Origin: an uncultured Thermotogae bacterium
GTDB taxonomy: Bacteria > Bipolaricaulota > Bipolaricaulia > RBG-16-55-9 > DRXL01
Assembly: GCA_964473325.1 (NCBI GenBank)
Contig: CAYYOG010000004.1
Span: forward strand, 48,258-112,257
Reading direction: 5' to 3'
DNA: 64,000 bases
The notes beneath the pieces are model-generated. The model did not search any database and had not been told where the DNA came from. It saw only the letters and a list, made by a program, of their open reading frames with translations. Of this stretch, positions 1-7,843 are shown piece after piece. The position numbers and the translations under genes were made by a program. The first letter of the stretch is position 1. Each line of letters starts with the position of its first letter.

Positions 1-2
1 GC

Positions 3-791
3 ATTGACTTTTCAGATATTTCGCTCGTCGGCGCGACGTATGGGCCAGGGCTGGTCGGCCCGCTCCTCGTCGGGCTGTCGTATGCCAAAGCCGTCGCGTA
101 TGCGCTGAAAAAGCCGTTCGTCGGCGTCAATCACTTAGAGGGGCACATCTTCGCCCACTATATAGAGAACCCTGACGCGCCTCCGCCGTTTCTCGCGCTC
201 ATTGTCTCCGGAGGGCACACGCTCTTGGCAGAGGTGCGCACCTACGGCCAGTACGAAGTCCTGGGCGAGACGCGAGATGACGCTGCTGGAGAAGCCTTCG
301 ACAAAGTGGGAAAGCTCTTGGGCTTGGGCTATCCCGCCGGAGCAGCGTTAGATACATTAGCTCGCCAGGGCAACCCCAAAGCGATTGCACTCCCAAGGCC
401 GATGCTCGATTCAGATTCTTTAGAGTTCAGTTTTGCTGGGCTGAAGACGGCGATTGTCTATTATCTGCGCGATCACCCCAACGCTGACAGAGCTGACGTC
501 GCGGCGTCGTTTCAAGAATCTGTCGTAGACGTCTTGGTCGAGAAGGCGCTGCGGGCCGCGCAGCAGCTCCATATAAAAAAGATTGTCGTTGTGGGCGGAG
601 TGGCCGCGAATTCACGGCTGCGTGAGCGCTTACTCGCTCAGAAAAATTTTGAAGTCTTCTTCCCAAAGATGGAGCTGTGCACCGACAACGCTGCCATGAT
701 CGCGGCCTGCGCGGCGTTTCGGTATAGAGTTCTTGGACAAAGTGATTCTCTCGATTTAGCCCCGCAGCCGGGCTTAGCTCTCGTTTCCTAA
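3..791 (+). CDS. tsaD: tRNA N6-threonylcarbamoyladenosine synthase TsaD (5' truncated by window edge)
   Basis: Frame is open from the window start: IDFSDISLVGATYGPGLVGPLLVG...VNHLEGH...GETRDDAAGEAFDK...FSFAGLKTA...GGVAAN...CTDNAAMIA, all TsaD/Kae1 motifs. Confidence 0.95.
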   Translation: MDFSDISLVGATYGPGLVGPLLVGLSYAKAVAYALKKPFVGVNHLEGHIFAHYIENPDAPPPFLALIVSGGHTLLAEVRTYGQYEVLGETRDDAAGEAFDKVGKLLGLGYPAGAALDTLARQGNPKAIALPRPMLDSDSLEFSFAGLKTAIVYYLRDHPNADRADVAASFQESVVDVLVEKALRAAQQLHIKKIVVVGGVAANSRLRERLLAQKNFEVFFPKMELCTDNAAMIAACAAFRYRVLGQSDSLDLAPQPGLALVS

Positions 792-2024
792 AAAATTGCC
801 GCGCACTTCTAAGACGTTTAATTCTGTCACTTCTGCAGCTGTGCCCAGAAGCTCGCTTATGCTGGGGCGCGTCCGCCCACCGTCCCCAGAGACTAACTCT
901 TTGATATACAAGCCCCCCTCGCAGTGAACCGTGATCAGAGCTTCTGGTGGACTGAGCAGTTCCCCAGAGATCTCCAGCACGCGCCGCGTGCGCACCAAAT
1001 CTGCCCGACGATGAGCGACTCGCGCGGGCGTGCGCTGCTCAATCGTCGCGCCGCGCAAGCGCTCGAGCACTTCTTGCAGTTGCTCAAGTTTGATTGGTTC
1101 CGCAAAGCGCACCTTGGCTTCATAGACTTTTTCCGCTTCAGTGTTCTTTAGTTTCTCGACCACCGAGCCCTTGACAAATTGCAGCTCGCTCACCTCGACC
1201 TTCCCTGCAGCGTTTTCATTGATCTCTTTCTGAAGCTTCTCTAGATCAAGCGTGCGCACTTTTGGTTCTTTAATCTCAATGACAAAGGGGCGGCCCGTGC
1301 CCAGCATCAGCGCGTCTATGTCTTCTCTACCCGCACCGTGAAAAGCTGTGCCCGTGCCTTGTGTCTCGCGCAAGAGCGGCGGGCTGATCAGCTCTTCCAC
1401 GCTCTCTTGATAAGTCTTTCCTGTAAAATTACACTCTGGGCAACCGCGCCCACGACATCTCCGACAGGGCCACCTCGTCTGAGGGATCGTCCGCACGAAT
1501 TTCTTATAGCGCCCGTAGATGAAGAGCGGGTTGATCCGAAGGTGTAATTCAGATTTTTCAAGGTCCATCAGCAGAACGATCTCGGGGTCGAGAAAATCCA
1601 CGACAACGGGGTGACCACGTTCTGCAAGCAGCATCCCGAAGAGCCGCCCGACCTCTCTATTGAATTCTTGCTTGAACGGCTCGCCCTGCAGCTCATACTT
1701 CTCTGTGAGGGCCAGCTCAGCGCTCTCTATGTGCGACGGCACCCGCGTGCCCATCAGGTACGTGCGAAATTCTATGCCTTCAACGGCTGTGAGAGCACGC
1801 GTGGCCCACCGCTGAACTTGAGAGAAGATCCCCTTGCAAACGCGACAGCTCTGCTCATTCTCTACAAAGACGTGCCCCTCCATATTGAGTACAGTACGCA
1901 GGGAGCGCCCTCTCTGGGCGTTGCGCAGCCCCCTCCCCACGTGCGAGAACGCCCGCCCAAGACAATGGTCACAGAGATCACCTTCAGCGAGTATCTGACG
2001 CGCTTTCTCTAATAGAGCGGACAT
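774..2024 (-). CDS. pus10: tRNA pseudouridine(54/55) synthase Pus10, archaeal type
   Basis: N-terminal LCDHCLGR; THUMP-like region (EPFKQEFNREVG); YGRYKKFVRTIPQTRW; Zn motif CRRCRGRGCPEC; catalytic FHGAGREDID..LGTGRPFVIE; C-terminal QRTPARVAHRRAD and CEGGLYIKELVSGDGGRT. Confidence 0.93.
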   Translation of the reverse strand: MSALLEKARQILAEGDLCDHCLGRAFSHVGRGLRNAQRGRSLRTVLNMEGHVFVENEQSCRVCKGIFSQVQRWATRALTAVEGIEFRTYLMGTRVPSHIESAELALTEKYELQGEPFKQEFNREVGRLFGMLLAERGHPVVVDFLDPEIVLLMDLEKSELHLRINPLFIYGRYKKFVRTIPQTRWPCRRCRGRGCPECNFTGKTYQESVEELISPPLLRETQGTGTAFHGAGREDIDALMLGTGRPFVIEIKEPKVRTLDLEKLQKEINENAAGKVEVSELQFVKGSVVEKLKNTEAEKVYEAKVRFAEPIKLEQLQEVLERLRGATIEQRTPARVAHRRADLVRTRRVLEISGELLSPPEALITVHCEGGLYIKELVSGDGGRTRPSISELLGTAAEVTELNVLEVRGNFLGNES

Positions 2025-2101
2025 GCGACCTTGGTCTCTCCCTTCGTCTGGGGTAGATTATATCCCACCGGAGGTCCGCCTGACAGCGAGGTCTGGGCAC
2101 T

Positions 2102-3217
2102 GTGAAAAATAATATTCGAGGCACACAGCGAGGAAAACGTCGACGTTTTGCTCTATGTGGGCTTGCCCTTGTCGGGTTTACGATGTTACTCTTTGTTCTC
2201 ACCCAGCCAGAGCGTCCTGCGCAGCCGGTCTCCAAGGCTGCGCTCGTTCCCATCAGCAAGAAAGTCCCGACGATCTCAAATCGTGATTCATCTTTGGGAG
2301 AGCTTCCTCAAGTCCGTGCGGTCTATCTGCCGGCGGCCGTCGCTGCTAACCCCAAAAAACTCCAAGAAATCATAGAGAACTCCCAGCGTCTTGGGTTCAA
2401 TGCCCTTGTGATAGACATCAAAGACAATCACGGCACGGTCGCCTATGACACAAAAGTCCCGTTAGCGCAGAAGATCGGTGCGCGTCTCAATCTCTTACAG
2501 CTTGATGAGCTTCTGCCCCGACTGAAAAAGCTCGGCTTCTATGTAATCGCCCGACAGGTGCTCTTCTATGATCCCAAGCTAGCTGGGCATCTGAACCCAT
2601 TGCCGAGTGAGAGAGAGCCTCAGCGGTGGGTCTCCCCAGCCGACGCGCGCGTCCAAGAGTACAATCTCGCGATTGCTGCAGAAGTCGCGTCGCTGGGCTT
2701 TGATGAGCTGCAGTTTGATTATATTCGCTGGCCCGACGGGGGAGCGTATAAGCCCGTCTATGCCGAACGCTACGATGCTATCGAGAGATTTCTGCAGCGC
2801 GTCTCGGAGAGATTACACGGAAAGATTCGGCTTTCGGCGGACGTCTTCGGTCGGACGCTCTGGGGGTGGAATCTCAAAAAGATAGACCCCATCGGGCAGC
2901 ACCTGGAGACGTTCAGTAGATTTTTCGACGTGCTCTCGCCGATGGTCTACCCGTCGCATTACGAGACGGAAGCGCTCCGTTCCGATCCCTACGGGACGGT
3001 GAAAAAAGCCTTAGAGAGCGGGCTGAAGCGCAATCTCAAATTGAGACCCTTCTTGCAAGCCTTTGAGATGCGCATTCCCGCTCATATGAGCTATGCGCGC
3101 TACATTCGCGAGCAGATCCGCGCAGTGCGCGAGCTGGGATTAGAGAGCTATCTTTTCTGGAACCCCAGAGGAGACTATACAGCGCTCTGGAGGGCACTGG
3201 AGGCAGGATCTCCTTAG
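2102..3217 (+). CDS. Membrane-anchored putative glycoside hydrolase (DUF4015-like TIM barrel)
   Basis: N-terminal TM segment; VRAVYL, NALVIDIKD, GFDELQFDYIRWP and SPMVYPSHY motifs; start codon uncertain. Confidence 0.75.
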   Translation: MKNNIRGTQRGKRRRFALCGLALVGFTMLLFVLTQPERPAQPVSKAALVPISKKVPTISNRDSSLGELPQVRAVYLPAAVAANPKKLQEIIENSQRLGFNALVIDIKDNHGTVAYDTKVPLAQKIGARLNLLQLDELLPRLKKLGFYVIARQVLFYDPKLAGHLNPLPSEREPQRWVSPADARVQEYNLAIAAEVASLGFDELQFDYIRWPDGGAYKPVYAERYDAIERFLQRVSERLHGKIRLSADVFGRTLWGWNLKKIDPIGQHLETFSRFFDVLSPMVYPSHYETEALRSDPYGTVKKALESGLKRNLKLRPFLQAFEMRIPAHMSYARYIREQIRAVRELGLESYLFWNPRGDYTALWRALEAGSP

Positions 3218-3298
3218 CGCCTCGACTGGGAAAGAGGTGCTCCCCCTCTTGACAATTGTAGGGATTTTATGTTATCTTTATTCGATGAGGAGTTAGCT

Positions 3299-4075
3299 AT
3301 GCACGCGAAGCGATGGCTGGGGTTGGTCTTCCTTCTCATAACGATAGGGCTGTTTGTGGGGCACTACCTCGGGAGTAGCCAGCAGGAACAATCAGCCATC
3401 GATCCAGTCAAGGCGGAGCAGATCTTTCAAGAGCTGAGGGAGCTTCTCCTCACCGCTACGGATGTCAACGAAGTGATGATAGGCCCACAATGGCTTCTGA
3501 CCCCGCCGTGGTTTCAGCCCTGGACATGGTCTCTGCAGGCCACAGGGCGGCTCGAAGCCCAGCGGGAAGAGCGCTTGGGTAACCCTATTAGCGCTGCTGC
3601 AGTCTTTCAAAAGCGCGGCCGCACCCGTGAGGAAGCCATCCGCCTCACGGTCGTCTTGCTCTATTATATGAACGAAGAGATTGTCGAACAGTTCTTCGCT
3701 TCTGGGCCAGTGGAAGTCATCGGCTTTGGCACGCCGGCAGACCTTCCCAATGAAGTCGTCGCTCCTATTCGGGCAGCGCTCAAGGACTGGGTCGATGACA
3801 TTCAGATCTACAAATACGATCCCCATGAACTTGCTCTGACTTTCCGAAAGCACGTGGTTCGCAGGATCGATGTTGAAGCCCCTCTGCGAGCCGGAAGGCT
3901 CTCTATCCTACAGCAAGGTGTCATCGTTGGGGCGTTTCGGAGCCCTCTGCTGTCACCGGAGGAGCGCACAAAATCCGAAGCTGAGCAGTTGAAGCTTATA
4001 GCCGACCGTCTCATCGCTCTCACGCGCCGGCAGATCGAGCGCCTGGAGAAAGGGCCTGTCGGCTTGAGGAGGTGA
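3299..4075 (+). CDS. Hypothetical membrane-anchored protein
   Basis: Long ORF with GAGGAG SD before ATG 3299; hydrophobic N-terminus WLGLVFLLITIGLFVG. Confidence 0.65.
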   Translation: MHAKRWLGLVFLLITIGLFVGHYLGSSQQEQSAIDPVKAEQIFQELRELLLTATDVNEVMIGPQWLLTPPWFQPWTWSLQATGRLEAQREERLGNPISAAAVFQKRGRTREEAIRLTVVLLYYMNEEIVEQFFASGPVEVIGFGTPADLPNEVVAPIRAALKDWVDDIQIYKYDPHELALTFRKHVVRRIDVEAPLRAGRLSILQQGVIVGAFRSPLLSPEERTKSEAEQLKLIADRLIALTRRQIERLEKGPVGLRR

Positions 4076-4161
4076 TCTGCTTTTTCACGGAAGACTGTAA
4101 AAAAAAGCCCCTCAGCCTGTAGCTTTTCAACAAGACTTAACTTACAAAGGAGGTTGGTCAC

Positions 4162-5457
4162 ATGAAGAAGATGGCTCTCCATAAAATCTTGGGTGTAGCT
4201 CTCATTGGTGCGCTCGTTGGGATGGTTATCATTGGGTCAGGGTCTTCGGTGATGGTGACGGCGCAGCAGGCTCAGCCCATCCCCAGCGCCAATGAGGACG
4301 TGCGGATTGCAGCAGGGTTGCTGTTGGCTCAAGAGCTAATCAACATCACCTCGAAGGAAGCAGTAGTTCTTGGAGGGATGCTGAAACTGGCTGCAGCACC
4401 TATGCCAGGCTGGGATGTGGTAGGAGGAACTGGGCTGACTTCTCAAAGCCGCGCGGCTGCTAGCTCCAGCGGCTTGGCTCGCAGCGAGGTACTCTTGGCG
4501 CCTGCAGCCCCGGAGTTCCAGGTGACTCCTACGGTCAAGATTAAGAACCCCTTGCTGCAGCGAGCTGGCACCGCCCAGAACACTATGCTCACCACCATCC
4601 ATAGAGTGATAGCTGAAGCCGAGGCTGCCGGCCAGATGGAACTCGCTTATACCCTCGCCTCGATATATTTGACCAACGGGTTGCTCAACTTCTTCAACCG
4701 CGGCGTGGCTATTGGACTAGAGCGGATTGAGAACTGTCTTGCTGGCAAAGACATTACGCTGGAAATCACCGATCCCAGCACCGGGAGGAGCACGATTTTC
4801 CCCGTAGAGTGCAGCAAGTCCAAAGCCTTGCGCGCGGTAGTCGCTGCAGAGATCGCCCCTGGTGCGTACTCCTTCTTCGGTCCCTTAGCCGACATCGGCT
4901 GCGAACAGCTCCTCGAGCTGGCTACCGATGCGAAGCAGCTTGGCTTGAAAGCCGGCCTGAAGTTGGCTACGGCGCGTGCTTACGTCCAAGGGGTTCAGAT
5001 CTTCGCCGGGGTCTTTGGGGACTGCATCCCTGCTGATGTGGATGCGCTCATCGCTGCAGCTAAGCAAGCTAAAGAAAACAAACATCAGGAGCTGCTGCAA
5101 GAGCTTGTGGGCTATGACTATCAGCTCTACAACGATGCCGATGGCAGCCCCATAGCAATGTACTCGTCGTTTACCAAGCGGCGTGGGCTGGCCAAGCTTT
5201 TCGAAGACGCTGAGACCTCACTGCTGGAGCAGCTCGCTCAGGATGCTAACACCCCTGAGATCGGCCTAGCAGCTTATTACGCTCTGGGAGATCGCTGGGC
5301 AGACAAACCTGAGGCGGAGCTGCGCGCGCTCATGGCTGATGAGAATGCGACGCCTGCGGTACGCCGTGCTGCGACGAAGGCACTCTTGCTACAGCTAGGT
5401 CGAGCATTTGACGTCCAGTGCTTGCAGAACTTGGCCAACGGCCAGGAGTGCAAGTAA
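4162..5457 (+). CDS. Exported hypothetical protein with helical (HEAT-like) repeats
   Basis: AAGGAGG SD; signal-like N-terminus; repeated xLxxLAxx..xxLxxAAxxAL segments; followed by a hairpin. Confidence 0.7.
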   Translation: MKKMALHKILGVALIGALVGMVIIGSGSSVMVTAQQAQPIPSANEDVRIAAGLLLAQELINITSKEAVVLGGMLKLAAAPMPGWDVVGGTGLTSQSRAAASSSGLARSEVLLAPAAPEFQVTPTVKIKNPLLQRAGTAQNTMLTTIHRVIAEAEAAGQMELAYTLASIYLTNGLLNFFNRGVAIGLERIENCLAGKDITLEITDPSTGRSTIFPVECSKSKALRAVVAAEIAPGAYSFFGPLADIGCEQLLELATDAKQLGLKAGLKLATARAYVQGVQIFAGVFGDCIPADVDALIAAAKQAKENKHQELLQELVGYDYQLYNDADGSPIAMYSSFTKRRGLAKLFEDAETSLLEQLAQDANTPEIGLAAYYALGDRWADKPEAELRALMADENATPAVRRAATKALLLQLGRAFDVQCLQNLANGQECK

Positions 5458-5483
5458 CATCTATAAAGTAAGAGCAGAGTGTA

Positions 5484-5530
5484 CACAGCCCTGTCGAGCT
5501 GTCAAGCTTGGCAGGGCTGTTATTGTTTTA
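5484..5530. terminator. Probable bidirectional intrinsic terminator
   Basis: ACAGCCCTGTCGAGC-TGTCAA-GCTTGGCAGGGCTGT hairpin followed by a T-rich tail, between convergent genes. Confidence 0.7.
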
Positions 5531-6637
5531 TCTTCCCTGAACTGAGAATGGATCGGTCGCGTCGCGCAGCGCGTCCCCCATAAAATTGAACGCCAAGACA
5601 GCGATAATAATAAAGAATCCCGGGATCATCAGCCACGGGTGATACGTCAGATTCGTGATCGTGCTGTCGGTAAACTGATTTAAAAGCTGGCCCCAGCTTG
5701 TCATGGGATCGCGAATGCCAAACCCCAGAAAGCTTAACGAAGCTTCGGCTAAGATCAGCCCCGGAATGCCCAGCGTGGCACTGACGATTAAGTAGCTGAG
5801 CGTATTAGGCAACAGATGCTTAAAGATAATGCGGGCGTTGCTGGCGCCCATCGCTCTCGCAGCGAGTGCGAACTCTTGCTCTCTCAAAACCAAAAAGAGC
5901 CCGCGTAACGCTCGGGCTGTCCCGCCCCAGCCTAAGATTGACAGAATCATAATAATCAATAAGAATGAGATCGCCGGCGGCAATCCTGGGGGCAAGATCG
6001 CTGCTAACGCTAATAACAGGGGCAATCCTGGGAAGGAGTTTAAGACTTCAATCATTCTTTGGATGAAGATGTCCCAGCCGCCGCCAAAGTACCCGGAAAT
6101 CCCGCCAAAGACGATCGCTAACGTTAAGCTAATCGCTAACGCTAACGGCCCAATGGAGAGCGAGACCCAGCCCCCTATCAGCGTGCGTGAGAAGAGATCG
6201 CGCCCGACATCGTCGGTGCCGAAGAGAAAGATCTGTCCTGGAGAATTGGGATCGCGCTCGCCTGTGCCAAACAGGTGAATGTCTGTAGGGATGAGCCAAA
6301 AAAGTTTATAGGGGTCGCCCTTGACGAAGAACTTGATGGGATAGACTAGATCAGTGTTCTCACGATAGATCCAGCGTCCACGAGGGTCGCGCTCGCGCGA
6401 GAGCCCATAGACGAAGGGCCAGCTTAAGCGCCCGTCTTTATCAAAAAAGTGAATCTTCGTCGGCGGGGCGAACGCAAAGCGTCGGTGCTGTGTTGCGTAA
6501 TCATATGGGCTGATGAAGTGCGCAAAGAGCGTGAGCATCGTAAGCAAGACGATAACGATCCCACCTAGGGCGCCGAGCTTATGGCGTCGGAACCGCCGCC
6601 AGATGAGTTGCCCCTGACTCACGGGTCTTTCAGTCAT
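5528..6637 (-). CDS. oppC: Oligopeptide ABC permease OppC/DppC (system 1)
   Basis: IWRRFRRHKLG, FGTDDVGRDLFSR, EAA-like FALAARAMGAS loop. Confidence 0.9.
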   Translation of the reverse strand: MTERPVSQGQLIWRRFRRHKLGALGGIVIVLLTMLTLFAHFISPYDYATQHRRFAFAPPTKIHFFDKDGRLSWPFVYGLSRERDPRGRWIYRENTDLVYPIKFFVKGDPYKLFWLIPTDIHLFGTGERDPNSPGQIFLFGTDDVGRDLFSRTLIGGWVSLSIGPLALAISLTLAIVFGGISGYFGGGWDIFIQRMIEVLNSFPGLPLLLALAAILPPGLPPAISFLLIIMILSILGWGGTARALRGLFLVLREQEFALAARAMGASNARIIFKHLLPNTLSYLIVSATLGIPGLILAEASLSFLGFGIRDPMTSWGQLLNQFTDSTITNLTYHPWLMIPGFFIIIAVLAFNFMGDALRDATDPFSVQGR

Positions 6638-7778
6638 AGCGAATCCGGGGATCGACCCACGCGAGCATGATATCTGCTAAGAGATTGCCCAGCAGTAATA
6701 AGATCGCGAAGAACATCAGCAGCGTCTGGACTAAATAATCGTCATAGGCGCGCAGGGCTTCGTAAAAGAGCCGTTCGACTGTGGGGAAATTGAGCACGAT
6801 CGCCGTGATGAGCGCACCGCCGATCAAGCCGGGAAGACTCTGCCCAAAGATGCTGATCATCACATTGAGGGCGTTGCGCAGCGCGTGCTTATAGATGACG
6901 ACGCGCTCACTCAATCCCTTAGCCCGCGCGGTCATAATATATTGAGAACCTAGAATGTCGAGCATCTGCCCGCGCATGACGCGCATAAGCCCCGCAATCG
7001 ATGAGCTGCCAATCACCAAGACTGCTGGCCACAAGTGCCATAGATAGTCAAGCCATTTTCTGAGCGACCAATCCCACGGCCAGGGTGACCCGCCCATGTG
7101 CTCTTGCACGAAGAGCCCCCCTACAGACGCTCCGGGATTGCCTGGGCAGAAGAACTGCCAGCCCCAACCGCACAGCGTCGGCGTGAGCGAGACGACGAGC
7201 CAGTACATTAACACTAACGCCAGGAAGAAATTAGGGATTGAAAGCCCGGCAAACCCTAAGAGCGTGAAGATATTGTCGCCAAGAGAGTATTGTCGCGTCG
7301 CGGCGTAGATCCCCAGTGGCAGCGAGATGAGCCACGCAAAGAGAAATGTTGGCACAGTCACTAAAAGCGTGAGAGGCAGGCGCTCCCAAAAGAGCGTTGA
7401 GACGGGTTGGTTGGTCTCGAACGAAAACCCAAAGTCGGGGTTCCAATGGATGAACGGAAATTTAGCGCTCACTGACCAGACTTTCCATCGTTGTCCGGTT
7501 GCGGGGTCAGAGCTCTCACTGCTGAAGAGAATCCCTTTGAGCCAGCGCCAGTAGCGCTCCGCGCAGCCGCTCCATTGCCATTGCAAAGGCTCGCAAGGCT
7601 TCTCGAGCCCTAAGTGCTTGGCAATGTTTTGCAGTGTCTCTTGGGAGATGCGCTCGTTTAGTTTGTATTTTGTCAAGAAGTCGCCAGGAGCGAGCTGGAC
7701 GACCACGAACGCGACGATGGAGATGACAAACATCGTCGGGATCATATAGACGAGACGGCGCACAATATAGTTGAGCAT
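6630..7778 (-). CDS. oppB: Oligopeptide ABC permease OppB/DppB (system 1)
   Basis: MLNYIVRRL start, LAPGD, YIMTARAKGLSE, YAWVDPRIRY-like C-terminus. Confidence 0.9.
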   Translation of the reverse strand: MLNYIVRRLVYMIPTMFVISIVAFVVVQLAPGDFLTKYKLNERISQETLQNIAKHLGLEKPCEPLQWQWSGCAERYWRWLKGILFSSESSDPATGQRWKVWSVSAKFPFIHWNPDFGFSFETNQPVSTLFWERLPLTLLVTVPTFLFAWLISLPLGIYAATRQYSLGDNIFTLLGFAGLSIPNFFLALVLMYWLVVSLTPTLCGWGWQFFCPGNPGASVGGLFVQEHMGGSPWPWDWSLRKWLDYLWHLWPAVLVIGSSSIAGLMRVMRGQMLDILGSQYIMTARAKGLSERVVIYKHALRNALNVMISIFGQSLPGLIGGALITAIVLNFPTVERLFYEALRAYDDYLVQTLLMFFAILLLLGNLLADIMLAWVDPRIRYD

Positions 7779-7786
7779 AGAACATG

Positions 7787-7843
7787 CTCTCACCCCCGGC
7801 CCCTCTTCCTACTAAGTAGGGAGAGGGGAGCACGGGGTGGGGA
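7787..7843. repeat. Palindromic repeat family A, copy 1 (intergenic, oppA1-oppB1)
   Basis: CTCTCACCCC...CCCCTCTTCCTAC-TAA-GTAGGGAGAGGGG...GGGGTGGGGA nested hairpin. Confidence 0.8.
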
